Assembly: GCA_965151385.1 (NCBI GenBank)
Contig: CBCTZJ010000005.1
Span: 6,935-70,934 of the forward strand
DNA: 64,000 nucleotides
Direction of reading: 5' to 3'
Origin: an uncultured Collinsella sp.
Lineage (GTDB): Bacteria; Actinomycetota; Coriobacteriia; Coriobacteriales; Coriobacteriaceae
Shown: in pieces, positions 26,662-36,868 of the stretch
Layout of the letters: each line of letters opens with the position of its first letter
How positions within the stretch are numbered: the first letter of the stretch is position 1
Translations under genes and position numbers: made by a program
The notes under the pieces: generated by a model
The model's input: only the letters and a program-made list of their open reading frames with translations
What the model was told of the DNA's origin: nothing
Database searches by the model: none

Positions 26662-27351
26662 ATGGACCGCATCGCTGCCCCAAGTGTTGCTTTTATTTTC
26701 GATTGCGACGGCACGCTGGTTAATAGCACCCCCGTTTGGGCCTATGCCCAGCCCGGGTTATTGCACCGCCACGGGGTTGACGTGACGGTCGACGATTTTG
26801 CCCAGTTTGAGCATTTGTCGCTCGAAGACGAGTGCCAGGCCTACCACGACATCTGGGGCATTGGTGCAAATGGCGAAGAGCTCTACCGTGAGCTGAGCGA
26901 CATCCTGATTGATGGCTACTCCAAGGTGCCGCCGCGCGAGGGCCTGCTTGCATTTTTAAAGCAGGCGCAGGAGGCCGGTATTGCCCTGTGCGTTGCCACG
27001 TCCACGCCGGCCGAGCTGGTTACGTCTGCGCTTGGGGGTGCCGGGCTCGATACCTACATGGAGTTTGTGACCACCACGGGCGAGGCGGGGCGCTCCAAGC
27101 AGTTTCCCGATGTGTACGAGCTAGCGTTGCGCCGTCTGGAGGAGCGCCATGGGCATAAGTTTGAGCGCGCGTGGGTGTTTGAGGATGCTGTTTTTGGCCT
27201 AAAGAGCTCTGGCACCGCAGGCTTTAAGCGAGTGGGCATCTACGACCCGCACGGTCGCATGGAGCGCGACAAGGTTCGCGACAACTGCGACATCTTTATC
27301 GATAGCTATGAGGACCTGGATCTGGCCCGCGTTCTTACGTTTGAGGGATAG
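26662..27351 (+). CDS. HAD-superfamily hydrolase (subfamily IA, phosphatase/beta-phosphoglucomutase-like)
   Basis: FDCDGTLVNS (DxDGT) motif I, a later TS motif and a DAVFG-type motif. ATG at 26662 behind gaaagg. Confidence 0.8.
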   Translation: MDRIAAPSVAFIFDCDGTLVNSTPVWAYAQPGLLHRHGVDVTVDDFAQFEHLSLEDECQAYHDIWGIGANGEELYRELSDILIDGYSKVPPREGLLAFLKQAQEAGIALCVATSTPAELVTSALGGAGLDTYMEFVTTTGEAGRSKQFPDVYELALRRLEERHGHKFERAWVFEDAVFGLKSSGTAGFKRVGIYDPHGRMERDKVRDNCDIFIDSYEDLDLARVLTFEG

Positions 27352-27360
27352 GCGAGAGCT

Positions 27361-28029
27361 GTGGCTTGTAAGGTGTTAGTGGTCTGTGGCTCGCCCGTGG
27401 TGGCGAGCGCGGATTTGCTGCGTCAGCTGGCGGGGGAGTGCGACCACGTTGTCGCCGTGGACCGCGGGCTCGACGCGCTGCTGGTCGCAGGGCTGGGCTG
27501 CGACGTATATGTGGGAGATGCCGACACGGTGAGCGACGCCGGCTGCGCGTTGGTCGATGCTGCCGAGGCCTTTGAGGTAGAGCGCCACGACCCGTACAAG
27601 GACTATACCGATCTGGCACTGGCGCTCGATTCCGTTCGTCGTCGCTGGCCGGGTGCCGAAGTAGTTGCGACCTGCGCCACCGGCGGCCGCCCGGATATGG
27701 CCCTTTCCGTACTGGGGCTGCTCGCGAGCTACGAGGATGCTCCCATCTGGATCGCCGAGGACAAGGTGGTCGCCCGCATCCTCCACGCTGGCGAGTCGTG
27801 GGCTATCGAAGGCGCCGAAGGCAAGACGTTTTCCATCATCGCCATAGCCCCCAACACCAATGTAAGCGAACACGGCCTAGAGTGGGAGCTAGATCACAGC
27901 CCCCTGGGCCTGTTAGCCGATACGGGCATTAGCAACATAGTCCGATCCACCGCAGAGATCGAAGTCCATACTGGCACTGCAATAGCGTATTTGCTGCATC
28001 GGGGTTCTATCAGGACGGTGGGCGAGTAG
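27361..28029 (+). CDS. thiN: thiamine pyrophosphokinase
   Basis: AVDRGLDALL...VGDADTVS (GDxDS-like) pattern and a ~220-aa size. GTG start. Confidence 0.65.
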   Translation: MACKVLVVCGSPVVASADLLRQLAGECDHVVAVDRGLDALLVAGLGCDVYVGDADTVSDAGCALVDAAEAFEVERHDPYKDYTDLALALDSVRRRWPGAEVVATCATGGRPDMALSVLGLLASYEDAPIWIAEDKVVARILHAGESWAIEGAEGKTFSIIAIAPNTNVSEHGLEWELDHSPLGLLADTGISNIVRSTAEIEVHTGTAIAYLLHRGSIRTVGE

Positions 28030-28110
28030 GAAAACCCGTAAGTGTGAGAAGCAATTGCAAAATACTTCTTGCACAACCAAGAATCTTCCCCTATAGTATC
28101 TCCTCGTCAC

Positions 28111-28186
28111 GGGGGCGTAGCTCAGCTGGGAGAGCGCTTGACTGGCAGTCAAGAGGTCAGGGGTTCGATCCCCCTCGTCTCCACCA
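28111..28186 (+). tRNA. tRNA-Ala (anticodon GGC)
   Basis: The cloverleaf folds by hand: acceptor GGGGGCG/CGTCTCC with the G3:U70 Ala identity pair, anticodon loop CTGGCAG, T-loop GGTTCGATCC and an encoded CCA. Confidence 0.95.
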
Positions 28187-28197
28187 CCGTGAATGCA

Positions 28198-28226
28198 AAG
28201 CCTCCGGGAAACCGGAGGCTTTTTTC
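28198..28226 (+). terminator. intrinsic terminator after tRNA-Ala
   Basis: aagcctccgg / ccggaggctt stem, loop gaaa, then ttttt. Confidence 0.85.
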
Positions 28227-28971
28227 ATATACAATCACCGCGCAAATCAAAGTGACGCCACACCAACACCCATACCCAAAAAAGTTGCGCAATTTATTTC
28301 CCATTTCTGTACATAGTTTGTTAACCCAACATAATTCCTTTTTGAATTTCACGTCGTCAGCGTTGTGGCTCGGGCGGTGCGTGTCAACAGCCGCACCTGC
28401 ATAAACCTGCGTCAATGTGAACAAGTTTGCAAAATAACCCCCTTAAGCACTGCAAATAAACGATATGTTGCCGCGCGCGGCCTAAATCGGTTTCTAGCCG
28501 CCTTGTGCTAGGATATCTATCGTTACATGGGTTCAACTGCGCTCACGGCTTAACCGGTCGCGAAGCACGGGGCAGATCAGCATCCGGCCGTAACGGCGGT
28601 GCCAGAAAAACCACGAGCTCAAATAGCGTCGTCATGCGTATCGCATCGAATGTATCTGTTCTTGTCTATGTGCAGGCTGTTCTTTCGATTCGTTATTTTA
28701 TGACAAAGCGTAGCAGTCCTACAGCTGTTTGCGCGTGGTCTAGTTTTGTTCCCGCTTGACTGGATCGCGCGCAGCCAGCTGGAGTCGCGTTCATTTTTGC
28801 GATACACGTTCGCGACTCTAGCCACTGCGCTTATACATACCGTTCGCGGTGGGGCAGAGCCACGTGCTTGTCTAACTGGGCTCAGGGTTTGAATATGGAG
28901 CGCCTTCGCGCACAAGCGCCCTGGCGAAGCCATACCCAAACCCCGTGAGCCACACGTAAGACAGCAAGGGG

Positions 28972-29526
28972 GTGGTGCTCGTGTGGTATGTGATCCAGGT
29001 CATTAACGGTCGCGAAGACGTAATGCGCGAGCGCATCGAGCGTATGGTGCCGGCCGGCGTCATGCAGGAGCTCTTTTATCCCCAATTTCAAACCGAGATC
29101 AAAGTACACGGCGAATGGGTAAACACGACCAAGCCGCTCTTTCCCGGTTACCTTATCTGCGATACGGCAGATCCCCGTACCGTGCAACAGTATCTGCTGC
29201 GCATGGACGACTTTGTTCGGGTGTTATCTCAGGACGGTCAGTTTGTGCCGCTGGCAAAAGAAGAGGTCCAGCTTATTGGCAGCTTTACTCATGCGGGAGA
29301 CCGCGTAGTGCCTATGAGCGAGGCCCTAAAAGACGGTGATCAGGTCGTAGTGACGGCTGGTCCGCTGCTGGGCCATGAGGGACTTATCAAAACCATTAAC
29401 AGACGCAAGAGCACTGCTTATTTGGAGCTTGACCTGTGCGGCCGACGCGTAACTACGCGCGTTGGTCTTGCCGTGCTTTCGGCCGAGCAGCGCGTAATGC
29501 GAAACCTTAAAAAGGCGATCGCCTAG
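28972..29526 (+). CDS. NusG-family transcription antiterminator paralogue (LoaP/UpxY-like) heading the polysaccharide locus
   Basis: The WYVIQV..GRE NGN-domain start and a KOW-like GDQVVVTAGPLLGHEGLI. It is the first gene of the locus, after a ~745-nt ORF-poor leader. The start may be GTG 28981. Confidence 0.8.
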   Translation: MVLVWYVIQVINGREDVMRERIERMVPAGVMQELFYPQFQTEIKVHGEWVNTTKPLFPGYLICDTADPRTVQQYLLRMDDFVRVLSQDGQFVPLAKEEVQLIGSFTHAGDRVVPMSEALKDGDQVVVTAGPLLGHEGLIKTINRRKSTAYLELDLCGRRVTTRVGLAVLSAEQRVMRNLKKAIA

Positions 29527-29602
29527 CTGCTGGCGTCTGTTTAAAGGAGCAAGGGAATCCCCGGGGCGGGGATAACGGGATCAATAGGGAAGAGAACAAA
29601 TC

Positions 29603-31483
29603 TTGAACACCGAATCTAAGAGCGCAAAGCAAAAGGGGAAACTGAGCGCATTTGAACCGTATGCGTTGATGGCATATGACATTGTGGCGACTTTTATTGC
29701 CGTGTTTGTTGCATCGTGGGGAACGCAGCATTGGGCTACCTTTAGTGGGGCTGCCGTCGCATGCCCGGCAATTGCCGTTCTCGCGGTTATCAACGTCATC
29801 GTTTTTTGGCTCTTCCATATGTATAGTAGCCTGTGGCGTTATGCGAGTATTTCCGAAGCTGGCCGCATCGTTGCCGCAGTAACTGTTAGCTCTGTTATCG
29901 GCGACGTTATCTTTAATGCTTTCTTTGGCAAGGGCATGTCACTTCGCGAGGATGTCATGGCTTGGGCCATTTTGGTCATCATCTGCGGTGGTGGCCGTTT
30001 TGCTATCCGCGCTATGTACGGCAGTCAGCTCTGGCGTTTTAAAAGCAATTCCGATGCGCATCTCCCGCGTACGCTCATCGTAGGAGCAGGGGAGACCGGC
30101 TCTCTTTCCATCAAACGTATGCTCAACGGAGACCCCGATATGATCGGTGATCCGGTTGCCGTTGTCGACGATGATCCTAATAAGCAAAAACAGCGTATTC
30201 ATGACGTTAAGGTCTGCGGTACTTGCGCCGATATCCCTACTATTGCGCACGATTGTGAAGCGGAACAGATCGTCGTAGCAATTCCGAGTGCCACGCATGA
30301 AGAGCGTCAGCGTATCTATGACCTGTGCATGAAAACAGGTCTTAGGGTCCTCACGCTCCCCAATGTCCGTGATATTCCACAGAATGGTGTAGGCAGGGTT
30401 GCCCTTCGTGAGGTCGAAATCAGCGACTTACTTTCTCGTGAGGAAAAATCGCTTGATCTTAACCAGATGGGCTACGTTACCGGTAAGCGCATTTTGGTCA
30501 CGGGCGGCGGCGGATCTATTGGCTCAGAGCTTGTACGTCAGCTGCTTCCGGCAAAACCTGCGCAAATCGTGTTGTTCGACATTTACGAGAACACTACCTA
30601 TGAGCTGTATCACGACATCATCAAGACCGCTCATGATCAAGGCACTGATATTCAAGTCTATATCGGCTCCATTACACATCTCCCAGCGATTACCAAGGTC
30701 TTTGAAAAGTACCATCCTCAAGTTGTTTTCCACGCTGCAGCCCATAAGCACGTTCCTCTTATGGAACACAACGCCCGCGAGGCAATCGAGAATAACGTTT
30801 TTGGCACGCTCAACGTCGTGCGCCTTGCCGACAAGTACCAGTGCAGCCACTACGTGCAGATTTCTACCGATAAGGCCGTTAATCCCACCAACGTCATGGG
30901 TGCCACCAAGCGTATGGATGAGATGATAGTTCAGTATTATGCGGCAAACAGTAAGACCATCTTTACGGCTGTTCGCTTTGGCAATGTTCTGGGTAGTCAT
31001 GGATCGGTCATCCCGCTGTTTAAGCGCCAGCTTCGCGAGGGTGGCCCTATCACCATTACGGACAAGGATATCACGCGTTACTTCATGACCATCCCCGAGG
31101 CCAGCAAGCTTGTCATTACTGCCGGAGCTTTGGCGCATGGCGGCGAGATTTTTGTACTGGACATGGGCGAGCCGGTCAAGATCTACGACCTTGCCATCAA
31201 CCTTATTACGCTGAGCGGACTTAAGCCTGGCAAGGATATCCAGATCAAAGAAGTCGGACTGCGTCCTGGCGAAAAGATGTACGAGGAGCTCCTAATGGAC
31301 AACGAGCAGCTCCTGCCGACCGAGCACTCCGAGATTCGCATTTCCACAGCCGAGGCCGACAAGATGGAAGAGATCAAAGACAAGCTCGAGAAGCTTCATG
31401 ACTGCCTCGACAAGGATAACGACACTGTTAAGTCCGTTCTTGCTGAGGTTGTACCTACATATCATCCGCAGTTTAACGATTAG
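29603..31483 (+). CDS. membrane-bound UDP-sugar 4,6-dehydratase (CapD/PglF family)
   Basis: Four N-terminal TM helices, two Rossmann motifs (VGAGETGS; TGGGGSIGSEL) and a CapD-type core. Confidence 0.88.
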   Translation: MNTESKSAKQKGKLSAFEPYALMAYDIVATFIAVFVASWGTQHWATFSGAAVACPAIAVLAVINVIVFWLFHMYSSLWRYASISEAGRIVAAVTVSSVIGDVIFNAFFGKGMSLREDVMAWAILVIICGGGRFAIRAMYGSQLWRFKSNSDAHLPRTLIVGAGETGSLSIKRMLNGDPDMIGDPVAVVDDDPNKQKQRIHDVKVCGTCADIPTIAHDCEAEQIVVAIPSATHEERQRIYDLCMKTGLRVLTLPNVRDIPQNGVGRVALREVEISDLLSREEKSLDLNQMGYVTGKRILVTGGGGSIGSELVRQLLPAKPAQIVLFDIYENTTYELYHDIIKTAHDQGTDIQVYIGSITHLPAITKVFEKYHPQVVFHAAAHKHVPLMEHNAREAIENNVFGTLNVVRLADKYQCSHYVQISTDKAVNPTNVMGATKRMDEMIVQYYAANSKTIFTAVRFGNVLGSHGSVIPLFKRQLREGGPITITDKDITRYFMTIPEASKLVITAGALAHGGEIFVLDMGEPVKIYDLAINLITLSGLKPGKDIQIKEVGLRPGEKMYEELLMDNEQLLPTEHSEIRISTAEADKMEEIKDKLEKLHDCLDKDNDTVKSVLAEVVPTYHPQFND

Positions 31484-31498
31484 GGATAAGGAGCCAAG

Positions 31499-32752
31499 AT
31501 GGACATTAAACCCTTCGAGAATAAGGTTTGGCTTAGTTCGCCGACCATGCATGGTGATGAGCTTAAATACATCACCGAAGCCTACGAGACTAACTGGATG
31601 TCGACGGTAGGCGAGAACATAAATGAGGTCGAGCGCCAAATGGCCGAAAAGATTGGTTGCGGCTATGCCGTTGCCCTTTCTTGCGGTACTTCTGCGCTGC
31701 ATCTTGCCATGAAACTCGCTGGAATTAAGCCCGGTGATGAGGTCCTTTGCAGCGATATGACGTTCGACGCTACGGTGAACCCAGTTGTATATGAGGGTGG
31801 CGTCCCTGTATTTATCGATACTGAGCGCGATACCTGGAACATGGACCCCGTTGCCTTGGAGAAGGCATTTGAGCTGCACCCGACTGCTAAGGTCGTTGTG
31901 GCGGCACATCTTTACGGTACGCCCGGTAAGGTCGATGAGCTTAGGGCCGTTTGCGATGCACATGGAGCTATTCTTGTTGAAGATGCCGCCGAGTCGTTGG
32001 GTGCCACCTATAAGGGCGTTCAAACGGGCACCTTCGGCGATGTCAGCGCAATCAGCTTTAACGGCAATAAGATCATCACCGGTTCCGCTGGTGGCATGCT
32101 ATTAACGGACAGCAAAGAAGCAGCCGATAAAGCGCGCAAATGGTCAACTCAGTCGCGCGAAGCTGCTCCGTGGTACCAGCACGAAGAGCTGGGTTACAAC
32201 TATCGCATGAGCAACGTGATTGCAGGCGTAGTGCGTGGCCAGATTCCCTATCTGGAGGAGCATATTGCCCAAAAGAAGGCTATTTACATGCGTTACAAGG
32301 AGGGCTTCAAGGGGCTGCCGGTGAGCATGAACCCCTATGACTCCAGCGTTTGCGAGCCGAATTTCTGGCTTTCCTGCATGCTTATTGATTCTGATGCCAT
32401 GTGTAAACAGGTTCGCGGTGAGAGTGAGGCTCTTTACGTAAGCGAGTCTGGTAAGAGCTGCCCCACCGAAATTCTTGAGGCTATCGCCGCCATCAATGCA
32501 GAAGGCCGTCCCATTTGGAAGCCTATGCACATGCAGCCAATCTATCGCATGAACGCATTTGTGACACGCGAAGGAAATGGTAGGGCTAAGACAAACGCCT
32601 ATATCTCTGGCGGTGCAACGGGTGCAGATGGCTTGCCTTTGGATGTAGGCGCCGACATCTTCCAGCGTGGTTTATGTCTGCCCTCTGATAATAAGATGAC
32701 GCCCGAACAGCAGGACCGCATTATCGAGGTCATCAAGGGGTGCTTCGCGTAA
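31499..32752 (+). CDS. DegT/DnrJ/EryC1/StrS-family sugar aminotransferase (PglE-like)
   Basis: PLP-dependent fold. An SFNGNKIIT Lys motif and typical length. Confidence 0.88.
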   Translation: MDIKPFENKVWLSSPTMHGDELKYITEAYETNWMSTVGENINEVERQMAEKIGCGYAVALSCGTSALHLAMKLAGIKPGDEVLCSDMTFDATVNPVVYEGGVPVFIDTERDTWNMDPVALEKAFELHPTAKVVVAAHLYGTPGKVDELRAVCDAHGAILVEDAAESLGATYKGVQTGTFGDVSAISFNGNKIITGSAGGMLLTDSKEAADKARKWSTQSREAAPWYQHEELGYNYRMSNVIAGVVRGQIPYLEEHIAQKKAIYMRYKEGFKGLPVSMNPYDSSVCEPNFWLSCMLIDSDAMCKQVRGESEALYVSESGKSCPTEILEAIAAINAEGRPIWKPMHMQPIYRMNAFVTREGNGRAKTNAYISGGATGADGLPLDVGADIFQRGLCLPSDNKMTPEQQDRIIEVIKGCFA

Positions 32753-33408
32753 TGGCGCAAGCCGTCCACAAAGCTAACTTTTACGAGCGCTGCGTGAAGC
32801 GAGCGCTCGATTTTATCATCGCTCTTGCTTTTATAGTGCTGTTCTGGTGGATGTACGCTATCCTGGCCATCTTGGTTAAGATCAAGTTGGGTACTCCTGT
32901 GCTGTTTACTCAGGAGCGACCTGGCAAGGGTGAAAACATCTTCAAGATGTATAAGTTCCGCACAATGACCGACGAGTGCGATGCGAACGGCGAACTGCTG
33001 CCTGACGAGGTGCGCCTGACTAAATTCGGCAGCGCCTTGCGTTCCACAAGCTTGGACGAGTTGCCCGAAGTGTTCAACATCTTAAAGGGCGACATGAGCC
33101 TGATTGGACCTAGGCCGCTTCTGGTACAGTACCTGCCCCTCTACAACGAGGAACAGCGCCACCGCCATGATGTGCGGCCAGGTATGACGGGTTGGGCGCA
33201 GGTGAACGGGCGCAACGCTCTTAGCTGGGAGCAGAAGTTCGCCTATGACGTGGAATACGCTCGCAATTGCACCTTCACTATGGACCTAAAAGTGTTCTTA
33301 ACAACGTTCAAGGTAATTTTCAGCCGAAGTGGAATTAGCAGTGGCACCTCGGTGACTATGGAAGCGTTCACAGGTACGCCATCAGATGGAAAGGTTGAGA
33401 CTCGATGA
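32752..33408 (+). CDS. small monotopic phosphoglycosyl transferase (bacterial sugar transferase, PglC/WbaP C-terminal type)
   Basis: TAATG overlap with the upstream gene. [28 protein letters not shown]-like (DELPEV) and SLIGPRP motifs. Confidence 0.9.
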   Translation: MAQAVHKANFYERCVKRALDFIIALAFIVLFWWMYAILAILVKIKLGTPVLFTQERPGKGENIFKMYKFRTMTDECDANGELLPDEVRLTKFGSALRSTSLDELPEVFNILKGDMSLIGPRPLLVQYLPLYNEEQRHRHDVRPGMTGWAQVNGRNALSWEQKFAYDVEYARNCTFTMDLKVFLTTFKVIFSRSGISSGTSVTMEAFTGTPSDGKVETR

Positions 33409-34520
33409 AGGTGCTGATCCTTGCCAATAATGATGGAGGCTTGCTTCATTTTAGGGGTGAACTGATCGCGGAACTCGTTAAAGCTGGGCATGAGGTTAAT
33501 TTCTGCATACCAAGCGGCGAGCTGGTTCCTGAGATTGAAAAACTCGGGGCTTCCTTCATTGATAATCCATTTCTAATTAGGCGTGGCACGAATCCAGTAG
33601 ACGATATCCAACTGATTCGTTTTTATCGAAAGGTGCTCAAAAGGATCCAACCCGACATTGTGTTTACATATACAATTAAACCAAACGTGTATGGTGGTAT
33701 TCTCTGCGGTAAGTTCGGTATTCCCTACCTTGTTAATATTACAGGATTGGGTACTGCGGTCGAGAATGATGGACCGCTTCAGAAGTTAACACTCGGGCTT
33801 TATAAGCTAGGGCTGAAGAGGGCACAGGTCGTTTTTTTCCAAAACGAGGCGAACAGGGATTTTATGCTATCCAGGGGGATCGTAGGGAATCGTTGCGATC
33901 TGTTGCCTGGCTCCGGAGTTAATCTTCAGCGATTTCGTCTTTTGGACTATCCAAAAGACGATGGGGTTATTCGTTTCTTCTTCTTCGCTCGAGTAATGCG
34001 TGAAAAAGGCATCGAAGAATTCCTCGAAGCTGCTAGGCAGATTCGAGGAAGGCACCCAAATACAGAGTTTCATGTCTGCGGCAGCTGTGAGGAAGAATAC
34101 AGAGGTTCCCTCGAGGCTTGCGAGAAGGACGGCGTCGTCATCTACCACGGAAGCGTCAAAGACGTGCGGTAGATGCATGCCCTGTCAAGCTGCACGGTGC
34201 ATCCCACTTTCTATCCGGAGGGTATGTCGAATGTCCTGCTGGAGAGCTGCGCCTGCGGCAGACCGATCATTACGACGAACCGGCCTGGGTGCAGGGAGGT
34301 CGTGGATGACGGCGTTAATGGCTTCGTCGTAAAGCAGAGAGACGCGGAAGACCTTATCTCAAAAATCGAGAATTTTCTTGCCCTGTCCTATGCCGAGAAA
34401 AGGGAGATGGGCCTGAACGGCAGGAGAAAGGTCGAGAGGGAGTTCGACAGGCAGATAATTGTCGAGCGCTACCTGAAGGAAATGGCGGTTATAGAAGAAG
34501 CGAAGGAGGCGCGCCGTTGA
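33405..34520 (+). pseudogene. GT4-family glycosyltransferase interrupted by a single in-frame TAG (34170-34172)
   Basis: ORFs 33405..34172 and 34173..34520 are in the same frame and are separated only by TAG. The second part carries the EG(M)SNVLLES...G.P motif that normally follows directly in GT4 enzymes. Confidence 0.8.
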
Positions 34521-35067
34521 GGGGGGCGGTGAACAACGTTATCAGCGCTACATGGACATTTTTAAGGATGTCCGTTTGGAAAATTGGGCTGATGGGAAGC
34601 CTTCACCTCAAAGGCGCGATCCAAAGGATTTCACACAATGAGGTTTGTAATTTCAATGAGGGCTCGAAAGTCAATATCGGGTGCACCGTCCGAATCCTCA
34701 GCGGAAGCAAGATTAAGGAGAGAAAAGGCTCGAACTCTACAATCGACGGCAACGTCCGCATCAACTATAACCGCATGGACATCTGTCATGACGCGGTAAC
34801 TATCGGCGCAGGCACAGAGTTCGGACCAAATGTCCTCGTTTACGAACATGACCATACCTTCATGGAGGGGTCCTCAAAGAGGGCTTCTTCGTATGCGTAC
34901 CGGTGGAGATTGGAGAGAACTGTTGGCTAGGCGCGGGAACGATAATCCTTCGAGGAATGAAAATCGAGGCGAACTCGGTGGTCTCGGCGGGAAGCATCGT
35001 GAAAGGCGAGTTTTCCAGCGATTCCTTGATCTTGCATCGGCGCACCACAGAAGTTCGGGGCTGCTGA
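34517..35067 (+). pseudogene. hexapeptide-repeat (LbH) acetyltransferase with a -1 frameshift near 34876
   Basis: Frame 2 reads ...VYEHDHTFMEGSSK and then runs out. Frame 1 continues KEGFFVCVPVEIGENCWLGAGTIILRGMKIEANSVVSAGSIVKG to TGA 35065-35067, which overlaps the next ATG (TGATG). Confidence 0.7.
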
Positions 35068-36044
35068 TGGCTAATATGGATGGCGTCATCCATAGGGGAA
35101 TGACGGCCACCATCGTCATGGCGACGTACAACGGAAGGCAGTTCCTTCGGGAGCAGCTTGACTCGATTGTTTCGCAGGGGCGACAGGCTGACGAGGTGGT
35201 GATCGTCGACGACTGTTCGAGCGATGGCACGCCGGAGTACATCGATGCGTACATTGATGAGCACGGCCTGACGGACACATGGAGGATCTATCGCAACGAG
35301 AAGAACCTCGGGTTCGTTGGCAACTACCTCAAGGGATGCTCGCTCGCGAAGGGTGATGTCGTCTTTTTCTCCGACCAAGACGACGTTTGGGCGGATGGCA
35401 AGATTTCCAAGATGATGTCCGTGTTTGAGAGGCACGAGGACGCGCTCGTAGTGTCGTGCGACACGACGATCATCGACCAGGACGACAGGCCCGACAACAC
35501 ATTCCAGACCTCGCTTAGGCGCACGGGGGAGGGAGTATGGAAGGTTGACTTCGACCAGCAGGTCTCATCTATGCTCAGTAGCGGCCTGACGCTTGGCGTG
35601 AAGCACTCCTTTATGGATGAGATGACTCCCATCATCGAGCGCGAGGACCTCGTGTACGATTCGCCGCTCGGGCTCTTCGCGGCGGCCAAGGGCGGATTCT
35701 ACCGCGTCGGCGGAGAGGCACTTGTCCTGCACAGGGTTCACAGGAGCAACGCATCCGCGCCCACCTATTCTCTGAAGTCGAGACTGTCAAACCCCGAACA
35801 GCACATTAAAGGCAGAAGGCATCAGCTTAAGCATATTAAGGCATGTAGAAAGTACTGCGCCAACGAGCTGGATTCCAGTACGCTCGACCGACTTGATGAG
35901 GAGATTGCGGCACGCGAGGTTGCCGTCAAAGCCATGGAGGAGCGAAAGCCGCTACCGCTTATAGCGCAATTGATTAAGAAGGGGCCGATGGCCAACGAGA
36001 AAATTAGCATTGTGAACCTCATTGTCGCCCTAAGGAGGCATTGA
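35067..36044 (+). CDS. GT2-family glycosyltransferase
   Basis: IVMATYNGRQFLREQLDSI...VVIVDDCSSDGT motif. Confidence 0.85.
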   Translation: MANMDGVIHRGMTATIVMATYNGRQFLREQLDSIVSQGRQADEVVIVDDCSSDGTPEYIDAYIDEHGLTDTWRIYRNEKNLGFVGNYLKGCSLAKGDVVFFSDQDDVWADGKISKMMSVFERHEDALVVSCDTTIIDQDDRPDNTFQTSLRRTGEGVWKVDFDQQVSSMLSSGLTLGVKHSFMDEMTPIIEREDLVYDSPLGLFAAAKGGFYRVGGEALVLHRVHRSNASAPTYSLKSRLSNPEQHIKGRRHQLKHIKACRKYCANELDSSTLDRLDEEIAAREVAVKAMEERKPLPLIAQLIKKGPMANEKISIVNLIVALRRH

Positions 36045-36868
36045 TGAGGGGCATTGCGGCCTGCATCGTTACCTACAACCCGGAGCTTGCGCGCTTTTCG
36101 GAATGTCTGTCCGCTGTAGCCGAACAGGTGGAACACGTTTTTGTCGTGGACAACGGCTCAAACGAGACGGGTGGGGTGGAAGCGCTCTGCCGTGAATATG
36201 ACAATGCAATTTTCGTTCCCCTGGGGGAGAACAAAGGCATTGCTGCCGCCCTCAACATGGGATGTGCTGCCGCAGACGAGAAGCGCTGCACCGCCGTATT
36301 GACGCTCGACCAGGACTCGGTATGTGAAGATGGCTTGGTGGAGAAGCTGGCGGCGCATTTGGCTAAAGACGTTGGGATCGCTGCACCTTGGATTTCTTAC
36401 GCGGGCAATGAGGAATATTACGATTTGCCGCAAGATGGGCCCTACGAGGTCGAATGGACGATAACCAGCGCGTCGTTGACGAGCCTTGGCGCCTGGAGGA
36501 AGATCGGCGGTTTTGACGAGGCATTGTTCATCGACAGCGTTGATCGCGATTTCTGCATTCGACTCCGTAGAGCCGGCTATCGCGTGGTCATTGACCCTGC
36601 GACTTCACTGTCCCATGAACTTGGAGACATGCGCTGCGTCCGGATTCTCGGCAAGGTAATTCACGTCACCAACCACAGCAGTTTTCGCAAGTACTACATA
36701 GCCAGAAATAAAATTCTTCTCTTTAGAAAAAGCGAGATTGCTCTTCCTGTATGTCTCAAAGAGGAAGTGCAGGAAGCTATTAAGATCATATTTGAACAAA
36801 ACCGTATGTCGAAAGTTGTCGCAATCATTCGTGGAGTTCATGACGGACTATCGCGTAAAGCGAACTAG
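36041..36868 (+). CDS. GT2-family glycosyltransferase (rhamnosyltransferase-like)
   Basis: ACIVTYNPE...VVDNGSN...LDQDS pattern. ATGA-type overlap with the upstream gene. Confidence 0.8.
   Translation: MMRGIAACIVTYNPELARFSECLSAVAEQVEHVFVVDNGSNETGGVEALCREYDNAIFVPLGENKGIAAALNMGCAAADEKRCTAVLTLDQDSVCEDGLVEKLAAHLAKDVGIAAPWISYAGNEEYYDLPQDGPYEVEWTITSASLTSLGAWRKIGGFDEALFIDSVDRDFCIRLRRAGYRVVIDPATSLSHELGDMRCVRILGKVIHVTNHSSFRKYYIARNKILLFRKSEIALPVCLKEEVQEAIKIIFEQNRMSKVVAIIRGVHDGLSRKAN

Noticed and set aside
28270-28940. 11-nt direct repeat ccatacccaaa (28270 and 28930) as possible att sites flanking the NusG leader
   Set aside because: Hundreds of 11-nt repeated pairs are expected by chance in 64 kb (about 2e9 position pairs / 4e6 possible 11-mers). 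There is no supporting integrase or tRNA-end duplication.
28227-28971. ORFs in the leader of the polysaccharide locus (28149-28424 -, 28505-28759 +, 28619-28939 -)
   Set aside because: They have no ribosome-binding sites, implausible compositions and mutual overlap. The region is better explained as a long regulatory leader.
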